Positions 28,201-42,707 of a stretch of DNA of 64,000 nucleotides are shown here, piece by piece. The notes beneath the pieces are model-generated. The model was not told the DNA's origin, ran no database searches, and saw nothing but the letters and a program-made list of their open reading frames with translations. The DNA is taken from the NCBI GenBank assembly GCA_950097015.1, contig CATNEN010000038.1, forward strand, positions 13,206,001-13,270,000. Reading direction: 5' to 3'. Origin of the DNA: Macrostomum hystrix (taxonomy: Eukaryota; Animalia; Platyhelminthes). Position numbers and translations under genes: made by a program. How positions within the stretch are numbered: position 1 is the first letter of the stretch; each line of letters begins with the position of its first letter.

Positions 28201-31200
28201 GATGGCGTTGGGCTGCGATAGCAGCACTAAATTACATTTGCAGCTCTAGCTAGCCTGCTTGACAGTGACAAGCGGGTTGATTCAAGTGTAAAGAACAATT
28301 AGAGCACCTTGCTCACGTGCTTGAAGAGCTTAACGCGTGCTGCTGGCACACATCACGTCCACCTCATTTTTTAAGGAATATTGGCAATATTCGAAATATA
28401 GGGTTCTAGGTCGTTTTCTCGATTCATAATATCGTTCAAAATTCCCCTGTCAGCAGATCTAGCGAAAGCGTGTTGCTGGCGATGTAAACACGCTATAACT
28501 AGCTGCTATCGCGGATAGCGTTGGGCTGCTAAAGCAAAAGCAGTACAGAAATAACTTTTGCAGCTTTAGCTAGCCTGTTTGACTATAAAGTGTTTTGATG
28601 CACGCCTATTCATGAACAAGTGTAAATGAACATGTGCTGGCACACATCGCGTCATACTCATATTTTAGGTATATTGCTAATATTCTAGAGATCAAGTATG
28701 TTTTCCTGATTTAAAAGTGCGTTAAAACACACCCCTGTAGGCAGATGCATCTGAAGCTTGTTGCTTGCTCTGTGAACACGATATGGCTAGCTGCACTCGT
28801 GGATCGCGTTGGGCTGCGATAGCAGCACTAAATTACATTTGCAGCTCTAGCTAGCCTGCTTGACAGTGACAAGCGGGTTGATTCAAGTGTAAAGAACAAT
28901 TAGAGCACCTTGCTCACGTGCTTGAAGAGCTTAACGCGTGCTGCTGGCACACATCACGTCCACCTCATTTTTCAGGAATATTGGCAATATTCGAAATATA
29001 GGGTTCTAGGTCGTTTTCTCGATTCATAATATCGTTCAAAATTCCCCTGTCAGCAGATCTAGCGAAAGCGTGTTGCTGGCGATGTAAACACGCTATAACT
29101 AGCTGCTATCGCGGATAGCGTAGGGCTGCTAAAGCAAAAGCAGAAATAACTTTTGCAGCTTTGGCTAGCCTGTTTGACTATAAAGTGTTTTGATGCACGC
29201 CTATTCATGAACAAGTGTAAATGAACATGTGCTGGCACACATCGCGTCATACTCATATTTTAGGTATATTGCTAATATTCTAAACATCAAGTATGTTTTC
29301 CTGATTAAAAAGTGCGTTAAAACACACCCCTGTAGGCAGATGCATCTGAAGCTTGTTGCTTGCTCTGTGAACACGATATGGCTAGCTGCACTCGTGGATG
29401 GCGTTGGGCTGCGATAGCAGCACTAAATTACATTTGCAGCTCTAGCTAGCCTGCTTGACAGTGACAAGCGGGTTGATTCAAGTGTAAAGAACAATTAGAG
29501 CACCTTGCTCACGTGCTTGAAGAGCTTAACGCGTGCTGCTGGCACACATCACGTCCACCTCATTTTTTAAGGAATATTGGCAATATTCGAAATATAGGGT
29601 TCTAGGTCGTTTTCTCGATTCATAATATCGTTCAAAATTCCCCTGTCAGCAGATCTAGCGAAAGCGTGTTGCTGGCGATGTAAACACGCTATAACTAGCT
29701 GCTATCGCGGATAGCGTTGGGCTGCTAAAGCAAAAGCAGTACAGAAATAACTTTTGCAGCTTTAGCTAGCCTGTTTGACTATAAAGTGTTTTGATGCACG
29801 CCTATTCATGAACAAGTGTAAATGAACATGTGCTGGCACACATCGCGTCATACTCATATTTTAGGTATATTGCTAATATTCTAGAGATCAAGTATGTTTT
29901 CCTGATTTAAAAGTGCGTTAAAACACACCCCTGTAGGCAGATGCATCTGAAGCTTGTTGCTTGCTCTGTGAACACGATATGGCTAGCTGCACTCGTGGAT
30001 CGCGTTGGGCTGCGATAGCAGCACTAAATTACATTTGCAGCTCTAGCTAGCCTGCTTGACAGTGACAAGCGGGTTGATTCAAGTGTAAAGAACAATTAGA
30101 GCACCTTGCTCACGTGCTTGAAGAGCTTAACGCGTGCTGCTGGCACACATCACGTCCACCTCATTTTTCAGGAATATTGGCAATATTCGAAATATAGGGT
30201 TCTAGGTCGTTTTCTCGATTCATAATATCGTTCAAAATTCCCCTGTCAGCAGATCTAGCGAAAGCGTGTTGCTGGCGATGTAAACACGCTATAACTAGCT
30301 GCTATCGCGGATAGCGTAGGGCTGCTAAAGCAAAAGCAGAAATAACTTTTGCAGCTTTGGCTAGCCTGTTTGACTATAAAGTGTTTTGATGCACGCCTAT
30401 TCATGAACAAGTGTAAATGAACATGTGCTGGCACATATCGCGTCATACTCATATTTTAGGTATATTGCTAATATTCTAGAGATCAAGTATGTTTTCCTGA
30501 TTAAAAAGTGCGTTAAAACACACCCCTGTAGGCAGATGCATCTGAAGCTTGTTGCTTGCTCTGTGAACACGATATGGCTAGCTGCTCTCGTGGATCGCGT
30601 TGGGCTGCGATAGCAGCACTAAATTACATTTGCAGCTCTAGCTAGCCTGCTTGACAGTGACAAGCGGGTTGATTCAAGTGTAAAGAACAATTAGAGCACC
30701 TTGCTCACGTGCTTGAAGAGCTTAACGCGTGCTGCTGGCACACATCACGTCCACCTCATTTTTTAAGGAATATTGGCAATATTCGAAATATAGGGTTCTA
30801 GGTCGTTTTCTCGATTCATAATATCGTTCAAAATTCCCCTGTCAGCAGATCTAGCGAAAGCGTGTTGCTGGCGATGTAAACACGCTATAACTAGCTGCTA
30901 TCGCGGATAGCGTAGGGCTGCTAAAGCAAAAGCAGTACAGAAATAACTTTTGCAGCTTTAGCTAGCCTGTTTGACTATAAAGTGTTTTGATGCACGCCTA
31001 TTCATGAACAAGTGTAAATGAACATGTGCTGGCACACCGCGTCATACTCATATTTTAGGTATATTGCTAATATTCTAGAGATCAAGTATGTTTTCCTGAT
31101 TAAAAAGTGCGTTAAAACACACCCCTGTAGGCAGATGCATCTGAAGCTTGTTGCTTGCTCTGTGAACACGATATGGCTAGCTGCACTCGTGGATCGCGTT

Positions 31201-34200
31201 GGGCTGCGATAGCAGCACTAAATTACATTTGCAGCTCTAGCTAGCCTGCTTGACAGTGACAAGCGGGTTGATTCAAGTGTAAAGAACAATTAGAGCACCT
31301 TGCTCACGTGCTTGAAGAGCTTAACGCGTGCTGCTGGCACACATCACGTCCACCTCATTTTTCAGGAATATTGGCAATATTCGAAATATAGGGTTCTAGG
31401 TCGTTTTCTCGATTCATAATATCGTTCAAAATTCCCCTGTCAGCAGATCTAGCGAAAGCGTGTTGCTGGCGATGTAAACACGCTATAACTAGCTGCTATC
31501 GCGGATAGCGTTGGGCTGCTAAAGCAAAAGCAGTACAGAAATAACTTTTGCAGCTTTAGCTAGCCTGTTTGACTATAAAGTGTTTTGATGCACGCCTATT
31601 CATGAACAAGTGTAAATGAACATGTGCTGGCACACATCGCGTCATACTCATATTTTAGGTATATTGCTAATATTCTAGAGATCAAGTATGTTTTCCTGAT
31701 TTAAAAGTGCATTAAAACACACCCCTGTAGGCAGATGCATCTGAAGCTTGTTGCTTGCTCTGTGAACACGATATGGCTAGCTGCACTCGTGGATCGCGTT
31801 GGGCTGCGATAGCAGCACTAAATTACATTTGCAGCTCTAGCTAGCCTGCTTGACAGTGACAAGCGGGTTGATTCAAGTGTAAAGAACAATTAGAGCACCT
31901 TGCTCACGTGCTTGAAGAGCTTAACGCGTGCTGCTGGCACACATCACGTCCACCTCATATTTCAGGTATATTGCTAATATTCTGAATATAAGGTTCTAGC
32001 TCGTTTTCTCGATTGAAGAAATCATTGACAATTCCCCTGTCAGCAGATCTAGCGAGAGCATGTTACTGGCGATGTGAACACGCTATAACTAGCTGCTCTC
32101 GCGGATAGCGTAGGGCTGCTAAAGAAGTACAGAAATAACTTTTGCAGCTTTAGCTAGCCTGTTTGACTATAAAGTGTTTTGATGCACGCCTATTCATGAA
32201 CAAGTGTAAATGAACATGTGCTGGCACACATCGCGTCATACTCATATTTTAGGTATATTGCTAATATTCTAGAGATCAAGTATGTTTTCCTGATTAAAAA
32301 GTGCGTTAAAACACACCCCTGTAGGCAGATGCATCTGAAGCTTGTTGCTTGCTCTGTGAGCACGATATGGCTAGCTGCACTCATGGATCGCATTAGGCTG
32401 CGATAGCAGCACTAAATTACATTTGCAGCTCTAGCTAGCCTGCTTGACAGTGACAAGCGGGTTGATTCAAGTGTAAAGAACAATTAGAGCACCTTGCTCA
32501 CGTGCTTGAAGAGCTTAACGCGTGCTGCTGGCACACATCACGTCAAACTCATCTTTCAGGTATATTGCTAAAATTCTAAATATATGGTTCTAGCCCGTTT
32601 TCTTGATTCATAATATCGTTCATAATTCCCCTGTCAGCAGATCTAGCGAAAGCTTGTTGCTGGCGATGTGAACACGCTATAAGTAGCTGCTCTCGCGGAT
32701 AGCGTAGGGCTGCTAAAGCAGTACAGAAAAAACTTTTGCAGCTTTAGCTAGCCTGTTTGACTATAAAGTGTTTTGATGCACGCCCATTCATGAACAAGTG
32801 TAAATGAACATGTGCTGGCACACATCGCGTCATACTCATATTTTAGGTATATTGCTAATATTCTAGAAATCAAGTATGTTTTCCTGATTAAAAAGTGCGT
32901 TAAAACACACCCCTGAAGGCAGATGCATCTGAAGCTTGTTGCTTGCTCTGTGAACACGATATGGCTAGCTGCTCTCGTGGATCGCATTAGGCTGCGATAG
33001 CAGCACTAAATTACATTTGCAGCTCTAGCTAGCCTGCTTGACAGTGACAAGCGGGTTGATTCAAGTGTAAAGAACAATTAGAGCATCTTGCTCACGTGCT
33101 TGGAGAGCTTAACGCGTGCTGCTGGCACACATCACGTCCACCTCATATTTCAGGTATATTGCTAATATTCTGAATATAAGGTTCTAGCTCGTTTTCTCGA
33201 TTGAAGAGATCGTTGACAATTCCCCTGTCAGCAGATCTAGCGAAAGCTTGTTGCTGGCGATGTGAACACGCTATAACTAGCTGCTCTCGCGGATAGCGTA
33301 GGGCTGCTAAAGCAGTACAGAAATAACTTTTGCAGCTTTAGCTAGCCTGTTTGACTATAAAGTGTTTTGATGCACGCCTATTCATGAACAAGTGTAAATG
33401 AACATGTGCTGGCACACATCGCGTCATACTCATATTTTAGGTATATTGCTAATATTCTAGAAATCAAGTATGTTTTCCTGATTAAAAAGTGCGTTAAAAC
33501 ACACCCCTGTAGGCAGATGCATCTGAAGCTTGTTGCTTGCTCTGTGAACACGATATGGCTAGCTGCTCTCGTGGATCGCGTTGGGCTGCGATAGCAGCAC
33601 TAAATTACATTTGCAGCTCTAGCTAGCCTGCTTGACAGTGACAAGCGGGTTGATTCAAGTGTAAAGAACAATTAGAGCATCTTGCTCACGTGCTTGAAGA
33701 GCTTAACGCGTGCTGCTGGCACACATCACGTCCACTTCATATTTCAGGTATATTGCTAATATTCTGAATATAAGGTTCTAGCTCGTTTTCTCGATTCAAA
33801 GTATCGTTCACAATTCCCCTGTCAGCAGATCTAGCGAAAGCTTGTTGCTGGCGATGTGAACACGCTATAACTAGCTGCTCTCGCGGATAGCGTAGGGCTG
33901 CTAAAGCAGTACAGAAATAACTTTTGCAGCTTTAGCTAGCCTGTTTGACTATAAAGTGTTTTGATGCACGCCTATTCATGAACAAGTGTAAATGAACATG
34001 TGCTGGCACACATCGCGTCATACTCATATTTTAGGTATATTGCTAATATTCTAGAGATCAAGTTTGTTTTCCTGATTAAAAAGTGCGTTAAAACACACCC
34101 CTGTAGGCAGATGCATCTGAAGCTTGTTGCTTGCTCTGTGAGCACGATATGGCTAGCTGCACTCATGGATCGCATTAGGCTGCGATAGCAGCACTAAATT

Positions 34201-36969
34201 ACATTTGCAGCTCTAGCTAGCCTGCTTGACAGTGACAAGCGGGTTGATTCAAGTGTAAAGAACAATTAGAGCGACATGCTCACGAGCTTGAAGAGCTGAA
34301 CGCGTGCTTCTGGCACACATCACTTCAAACTCATATTTCAGGTATATTGCTAAAATTCTGAATATAAGGTTCTAGCTCGTTTTCTCGATTGAAAAGATCG
34401 TTGACAATTCCCCTGTCAGCAGATCTAGCGAAAGCTTGTTGCTGGCGATGTGAACACGCTATAACTAGCTGCTCTCGCGGATAGCGTAGGGCTGCTAAAG
34501 CAGTACAGAAATAACTTTTGCAGCTTTAGCTAGCCTGTTTGACTATAAAGTGTTTTGATGCACGCCTATTCATGAACAAGTGTAGATGAACATGTGCTGG
34601 CACACATCGCGTCATACTCATATTTTAGGTATATGGCTAATATTCTAGAAATCAAGTATGTTTTCCTGATTAAAAAGTGCGTTAAAACACACCCCTGTAG
34701 GCAGATGCATCTGAAGCTTGTTGCTTGCTCTGTGAACACGATATGGCTAGCTGCTCTCGTGGATCGCGTTGGGCTGCGATAGCAGCACTAAATTACATTT
34801 GCAGCTCTAGCTAGCCTGCTTGACAGTGACAAGCGGGTTGATTCAAGTGTAAAGAACAATTAGAGCATCTTGCTCACGTGCTTGAAGAGCTTAACGCGTG
34901 CTGCTGGCACACATCACGTCCACTTCATATTTCAGGTATATTGCTAAAATTCTGAATATAAGGTTCTAGCTCGTTTTCTCGATTGAAGAGATCGTTGAAA
35001 ATTCCCCTGTCAGCAGATCTAGCGAAAGCTTGTTGCTGGCGATGTGAACACGCTACAACTGGCTGCTCTCGCGGATAGCGTAGGGCTGCTAAAGCAGTAC
35101 AGAAATAACTTTTGCAGCTTTAGCTAGCCTGTTTGACTATAAAGTGTTTTGATGCACGCCCATTCATGAACAAGTGTAGATGAACATGTGCTGGCACACA
35201 TCGCGTCATACTCATATTTTAGGTATATTGCTAATATTCTAGAAATCAAGTATGTTTTCCTGATTAAAAAGTGCGTTAAAACACACCCCTGTAGGCAGAT
35301 GCATCTGAAGCTTGTTGCTTGCTCTGTGAACACGATATGGCTAGCTGCACTCGTGGATCGCGTTTGGCTGCGATAGCAGCACTAAATTACATTTGCAGCT
35401 CTAGCTAGCCTGCTTGACAGTGACAAGCGGGTTGATTCAAGTGTAAAGAACAATTAGAGCACCTTGCTCACGTGCTTGAAGAGCTTAACGCGTGCTGCTG
35501 GCACACATCACGTCAAACTCATATTTCAGGTATATTGCTAAAATTCTAAATATATGGTTCTAGCCCGTTTTCTTGATTCATAATATCGTTCATAATTCCC
35601 CTGTCAGCAGATCTAGCGAAAGCTGGTTGCTGGCGATGTGAACACGCTATAACTAGCTGCTCTCGCGGATAGCGTAGGGCTGCTAAAGCAGTACAGAAAT
35701 AACTTTTGCAGCTTTAGCTAGCCTGTTTGACTATAAAGTGTTTTGATGCACGCCTATTCATGAACAAGTGTAGATGAACATGTGCTGGCACACATCGCGT
35801 CATACTCATATTTTAGGTATATTGCTAATATTCTAGAAATCAAGTATGTTTTCCTGATTAAAAAGTGCGTTAAAACACACCCCTGTAGGCAGATGCATCT
35901 GAAGCTTGTTGCTTGCTCTGTGAACACGATATGGCTAGCTGCACTCGTGGATCGCGTTGGGCTGCGATAGCAGCACTAAATTACATTTGCAGCTCTAGCT
36001 AGCCTGCTTGACAGTGACAAGCGGGTTGATTCAAGTGTAAAGAACAATTAGAGCACCTTGCTCACGTGCTTGAAGAGCTTAACGCGTGCTGCTGGCACAC
36101 ATCACGTCAAACTCATATTTCAGGTATATTGCTAAAATTCTAAATATATGGTTCTAGCCCGTTTTCTTGATTCATAATATCGTTCATAATTCCCCTGTCA
36201 GCAGATCTAGCGAAAGCTGGTTGCTGGCGATGTGAACACGCTATAACTAGCTGCTCTCGCGGATAGCGTAGGGCTGCTAAAGCAGTACAGAAATAACTTT
36301 TGCAGCTTTAGCTAGCCTGTTTGACTATAAAGTGTTTTGATGCACGCCTATTCATGAACAAGTGTAGATGAACATGTGCTGGCACACATCGCGTCATACT
36401 CATATTTTAGGTATATTGCTAATATTCTAGAAATCAAGTATGTTTTCCTGATTAAAAAGTGCGTTAAAACACACCCCTGTAGGCAGATGCATCTGAAGCT
36501 TGTTGCTTGCTCTGTGAACACGATATGGCTAGCTGCACTCGTGGATCGCGTTGGGCTGCGATAGCAGCACTAAATTACATTTGCAGCTCTAGCTAGCCTG
36601 CTTGACAGTGACAAGCGGGTTGATTCAAGTGTAAAGAACAATTAGAGCACCTTGCTCACGTGCTTGAAGAGCTTAACGCGTGCTGCTGGCACACATCACG
36701 TCAAACTCATATTTCAGGTATATTGCTAAAATTCTAAATATATGGTTCTAGCCCGTTTTCTTGATTCATAATATCGTTCATAATTCCCCTGTCAGCAGAT
36801 CTAGCGAAAGCTGGTTGCTGGCGATGTGAACACGCTATAAGTAGCTGCTCTCGCGGATAGCGTAGGGCTGCTAAAGCAGTACAGAAATAACTTTTGCAGC
36901 TTTAGCTAGCCTGTTTGACTATAAAGTGTTTTGATGCACGCCTATTCATGAACAAGTGTAGATGAACAT

Positions 36970-37220
36970 GTGCTGGCACACATCGCGTCATACTCATATT
37001 TTAGGTATATTGCTAATATTCTAGAAATCAAGTATGTTTTCCTGATTAAAAAGTGCGTTAAAACACACCCCTGTAGGCAGATGCATCTGAAGCTTGTTGC
37101 TTGCTCTGTGAACACGCTATAACTAGCTGCTCTCGAAGATAGCGTTGGGCTGCTAAAGCAGTACAGAAATAACTTTTGCAGCTTTAGCTAGCCTGTTTGA
37201 CTATAAAGTGTTTTGATGCA
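36970..37220 (+). repeat. Hybrid half-monomer (A-to-B crossover within TGTGAACACG, 37107-37116)
   Basis: A-type ...gcttgctctgtgaacacg is followed directly by B-type ctataactagctgc..., skipping ~312 bp. Confidence 0.9.
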
Positions 37221-37385
37221 TGTCTCCATTACACGGCAGGCTCTTGTAAGGGCCTGTCGTGTAATGGATGTTATCCACCCACCCCCTTTTCTCTCGCTGC
37301 CTTCTCACCCACCCCTTGTGGGGGGGTTGGGGTTTTATATACCCGCGTGCCGTGCTTTGACTCGCGTGTCGCATCGGCTCAATTT
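37221..37385. other. 165-bp non-satellite GC-rich insert with a long hairpin; probable mobile-element remnant
   Basis: No similarity to the satellite or to the LTR element. Left flank ends ...ttttgatgca; right flank resumes at agagcttaacgcg (~323 bp of monomer missing, no TSD). Hairpin at 37225-37268, two CACCCACCCC copies, TATATA at 37336-37341. Confidence 0.85.
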
Positions 37386-40300
37386 AGAGCTTAACGCGTG
37401 CTGCTGGCACACATCACGTCAAACTCATATTTCAGGTATATTGCTAATATTTGAATATAAGGTTCTAGCTCGTTTTCTCGATTCAAAATATCGTTGACAC
37501 TACCCCTGTCAGCAGATCTAGCGAAAGCTTGTTGCAGGCGATGTGAACACGCTATAACTAGCTGCTCTCGATGATAGCGTTGGGCTGCTAAAGAAGTACA
37601 GAAAAACTTTTGCAGCTTTAGCTAGCCTGTTTGACTATAAAGTGTTTTGATGCACGCCTATTCATGAACAAGTGTAAATAAACATGTGCTAGCACACATC
37701 GCGTCATACTCATATTTTTGGTATATTGCTAATATTCTAGAGATTTAAAGTTTGTTTTCCTGATTAAAAAGTGCGTTAAAACACACCCCTGTAGGCAGAT
37801 GCATCTGAAGCTTGTTGCTTGCTCTGTGAACACGATATGGCTAGCTGCACTCGTGGATCGCATTAGGCTGCGATAGCAGCACTAAATTACATTTGCAGCT
37901 CTAGCTAGCCTGCTTGACAGTGACAAGCGGGTTGATTCAAATGTAAAGAACAATTAGAGCACCTTGCTCACGTGCTTAAAGAGCTTAACGCGTGCTGCTG
38001 GCACACATCACGTCAACCTCATATTTCAGGTATATTGCTAATATTCTGAATATAAGGTTCTAGCTCGTTTTCTCGATTCAAAATATCGTTGACAATTCCC
38101 CTGTCAGCAGATCTAGCGAAAGCTTGTTGCTGGCGATGTGAACACGCTATAACTAGCTGCTCTCGCGGATAGCGTAGGGCTGCTAAAGCAGTACAGAAAT
38201 AACTTTTGCAGCTTTAGCTAGCCTGTTTGACTATAAAGTGTTTTGATGCACGCCTATTCATGAACAAGTGTAAATGAACATGTGCTAGCACACATCGCGT
38301 CATACTCATATTTTAGGTATATTGCTAATATTCTAGACATCAAGTTTGTTTTCCTGATTAAAAAGTGCGTTAAAACACACCCCTGTAGGCAGATGCATCT
38401 GAAGCTTGTTGCTTGCTCTGTGAACACGATATGGCTAGCTGCACTCGTGGATCGCATTAGGCTGCGATAGCAGCACTAAATTACATTTGCAGCTCTAGCT
38501 AGCCTGCTTGACAGTGACAAGCGGGTTGATTCAAGTGTAAAGAACAATTAGAGCACCTTGCTCACGTGCTTGAAGAGCTTAACGCGTGCTGCTGGCACAC
38601 ATCACGTCAAACTCATATTTCAGGTATATTGCTAATGTTTGAATATAAGGCTCTAGCTCGTTTTCTCGATTCAAAATATCGTTGACACTACCCCTGTCAG
38701 CAGATCTAGCGAAAGCTTGTTGCTGGCGATGTGAACACGCTATAACTAGCTGCTCTCGCGGATAGCGTAGGGCTGCTAAAGCAGTACAGAAATAACTTTT
38801 GCAGCTTTAGCTAGCCTGTTTGACTATAAAGTGTTTTGATGCACGCCTATTCATGAACAAGTGTAAATGAACATGTGCTAGCACACATCGCGTCATACTC
38901 ATATTTTAGGTATATTGCTAATATTCTAGACATCAAGTTTGTTTTCCTGATTAAAAAGTGCGTTAAAACACACCCCTGTAGGCAGATGCATCTGAAGCTT
39001 GTTGCTTGCTCTGTGAACACGATATGGCTAGCTGCACTCGTGGATCGCATTAGGCTGCGATAGCAGCACTAAATTACATTTGCAGCTCTAGCTAGCCTGC
39101 TTGACAGTGACAAGCGGGTTGATTCAAGTGTAAAGAACAATTAGAGCACCTTGCTCACGTGCTTGAAGAGCTTAACGCGTGCTGCTGGCACACATCACGT
39201 CAAACTCATATTTCAGGTATATTGCTAATGTTTGAATATAAGGCTCTAGCTCGTTTTCTCGATTCAAAATATCGTTGACACTACCCCTGTCAGCAGATCT
39301 AGCGAAAGCTTGTTGCTGGCGATGTGAACACGCTATAACTAGCTGCTCTCGCGGATAGCGTAGGGCTGCTAAAGCAGTACAGAAATAACTTTTGCAGCTT
39401 TAGCTAGCCTGTTTGACTATAAAGTGTTTTGATGCACGCCTATTCATGAACAAGTGTAAATGAACATGTGCTAGCACACATCGCGTCATACTCATATTTT
39501 TGGTATATTGCTAATATTCTAGACATCAAGTTTGTTTTCCTGATTAAAAAGTGCGTTAAAACACACCCCTGTAGGCAGATGCATCTGAAGCTTGTTGCTT
39601 GCTCTGTGAACACGATATGGCTAGCTGCACTCGTGGATCGCATTAGGCTGCGATAGCAGCACTAAATTACATTTGCAGCTCTAGCTAGCCTGCTTGACAG
39701 TGACAAGCGGGTTGATTCAAGTGTAAAGAACAATTAGAGCACCTTGCTCACGTGCTTGAAGAGCTTAACGCGTGCTGCTGGCACACATCACGTCAAACTC
39801 ATATTTCAGGTATATTGCTAATATTTGAATATAAGGTTCTAGCTCGTTTTCTCGATTCAAAATATCGTTGACACTACCCCTGTCAGCAGATCTATCGAAA
39901 GCTTGTTGCAGGCGATGTGAACACGCTATAACTAGCTGCTCTCGATGATAGCGTTGGGCTGCTAAAGAAGTACAGAAAAACTTTTGCAGCTTTAGCTAGC
40001 CTGTTTGACTATAAAGTGTTTTGATGCACGCCTATTCATGAACAAGTGTAAATAAACATGTGCTAGCACACATCGCGTCATACTCATATTTTTGGTATAT
40101 TGCTAATATTCTAGAGATTTAAAGTTTGTTTTCCTGATTAAAAAGTGCGTTAAAACACACCCCTGTAGGCAGATGCATCTGAAGCTTGTTGCTTGCTCTG
40201 TGAACACGATATGGCTAGCTGCACTCGTGGATCGCATTAGGCTGCGATAGCAGCACTAAATTACATTTGCAGCTTTAGCTAGCCTGCTTGACAGTGACAA

Positions 40301-42703
40301 GCGGGTTGATTCAAGTGTAAAGAACAATTAGAGCACCTTGCTCACGTGCTTGAAGAGCTTAACGCGTGCTGCTGGCACACATCACGTCAAACTCATATTG
40401 CAGGTATATTGCTAATATTTGAATATAAGGCTCTAGCTCGTTTTCTCGATTCAAAATATCGTTGACACTACCCCTGTCAGCAGATCTAGCGAAAGCTTGT
40501 TGCTGGCGATGTGAACACGCTATAACTAGCTGCTCTCGCGGATAGCGTTGGGCTGCTAAAGCAGTCCAGAAATAACTTTTGCAGCTTTAGCTAGCCTGTT
40601 TGACTATAAAGTGTTTTGATGCACGCCTATTCATGAACAAGTGTAAATGAACACGTGCTGGCACACATCGCGTCATACTCATATTTTAGGTATATTGCTA
40701 ATATTCTAGAGATCAAGTTTGTTTTCCTGATTAAAAAGTGCGTTAAAACACACCCCTGTAGGCAGATGCATCTGAAGCTTGTTGCTTGCTCTGTGAACAC
40801 GATATGGCTAGCTGCACTCGTGGATCGCATTAGGCTGCGATAGCAGCACTAAATTACATTTGCAGCTCTAGCTAGCCTGCTTGACAGTGACAAGCGGGTT
40901 GATTCAAGTGTAAAGAACAATTAGAGCACCTTGCTCACGTGCTTGAAGAGCTTAACGCGTGCTGCTGGCACACATCACGTCAAACTCATATTTCAGGTAT
41001 ATTGCTAATATTTGAATATAAGGTTCTAGCTCGTTTTCTCGATTCAAAATATCGTTGACACTACCCCTGTCAGCAGATCTAGCGAAAGCTTGTTGCAGGC
41101 GATGTGAACACGCTATAACTAGCTGCTCTCGATGATAGCGTTGGGCTGCTAAAGAAGTACAGAAAAACTTTTGCAGCTTTAGCTAGCCTGTTTGACTATA
41201 AAGTGTTTTGATGCACGCCTATTCATGAACAAGTGTAAATAAACATGTGCTAGCACACATCGCGTCATACTCATATTTTTGGTATATTGCTAATATTCTA
41301 GAGATTTAAAGTTTGTTTTCCTGATTAAAAAGTGCGTTAAAACACACCCCTGTAGGCAGATGCATCTGAAGCTTGTTGCTTGCTCTGTGAACACGATATG
41401 GCTAGCTGCACTCGTGGATCGCATTAGGCTGCGATAGCAGCACTAAATTACATTTGCAGCTCTAGCTAGCCTGCTTGACAGTGACAAGCGGGTTGATTCA
41501 AATGTAAAGAACAATTAGAGCACCTTGCTCACGTGCTTGAAGAGCTTAACGCGTGCTGCTGGCACACATCACGTCAACCTCATATTTCAGGTATATTGCT
41601 AATATTCTGAATATAAGGTTCTAGCTCGTTTTCTCGATTGAAAAGATCGTTGACAATTCCCCTGTCAGCAGATCTAGCGAAAGCTTGTTGCTGGCGATGT
41701 GAACACGCTATAACTAGCTGCTCTCGCGGATAGCGTAGGGCTGCTAAAGCAGTACAGAAATAACTTTTGCAGCTTTAGCTAGCCTGTTTGACTATAAAGT
41801 GTTTTGATGCACGCCTATTCATGAACAAGTGTAAATGAACATGTGCTAGCACACATCGCGTCATACTCATATTTTAGGTATATTGCTAATATTCTAGACA
41901 TCAAGTTTGTTTTCCTGATTAAAAAGTGCGTTAAAACACACCCCTGTAGGCAGATGCATCTGAAGCTTGTTGCTTGCTCTGTGAACACGATATGGCTAGC
42001 TGCACTCGTGGATCGCATTAGGCTGCGATAGCAGCACTAAATTACATTTGCAGCTCTAGCTAGCCTGCTTGACAGTGACAAGCGGGTTGATTCAAGTGTA
42101 AAGAACAATTAGAGCACCTTGCTCACGTGCTTGAAGAGCTTAACGCGTGCTGCTGGCACACATCACGTCAAACTCATATTTCAGGTATATTGCTAATGTT
42201 TGAATATAAGGCTCTAGCTCGTTTTCTCGATTCAAAATATCGTTGACACTACCCCTGTCAGCAGATCTAGCGAAAGCTTGTTGCTGGCGATGTGAACACG
42301 CTATAACTAGCTGCTCTCGCGGATAGCGTAGGGCTGCTAAAGCAGTACAGAAATAACTTTTGCAGCTTTAGCTAGCCTGTTTGACTATAAAGTGTTTTGA
42401 TGCACGCCTATTCATGAACAAGTGTAAATGAACATGTGCTAGCACACATCGCGTCATACTCATATTTTAGGTATATTGCTAATATTCTAGACATCAAGTT
42501 TGTTTTCCTGATTAAAAAGTGCGTTAAAACACACCCCTGTAGGCAGATGCATCTGAAGCTTGTTGCTTGCTCTGTGAACACGATATGGCTAGCTGCACTC
42601 GTGGATCGCATTAGGCTGCGATAGCAGCACTAAATTACATTTGCAGCTCTAGCTAGCCTGCTTGACAGTGACAAGCGGGTTGATTCAAGTGTAAAGAACA
42701 ATT

Positions 42704-42707
42704 AGAG
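42704..42707. repeat. Left target-site duplication AGAG
   Basis: Satellite aatt-AGAG-cacc is split as aattAGAG|TG...CA|AGAGcacc. Confidence 0.95.

Larger units (their letters stand above)
1..42707 (+). repeat. Tandem satellite array, ~594-bp monomer (A+B dimer), ~72 copies; continues off the left edge
   Basis: Same sequence recurs every 593-601 bp (ORF-track anchors 67, 661 ... 42436). Each monomer contains CTGGCACACATC, TATTGCT, CCCTGT, GAACACG and GCTAGCCTG twice, i.e. two homologous subunits. Interrupted at 37107-37385. Confidence 0.99.

Noticed and set aside
37197-37497. 65- and 94-aa ORFs across the insert
   Set aside because: Chimeric satellite/insert reading frames with no coding features.
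1-42707. CRISPR array or tandem RNA-gene cluster (5S, tRNA, snRNA, SL RNA)
   Set aside because: No unique spacers or cas genes, and no cloverleaf or conserved RNA-gene sequence that I could recognise. An Infernal/Rfam scan would be the definitive test.
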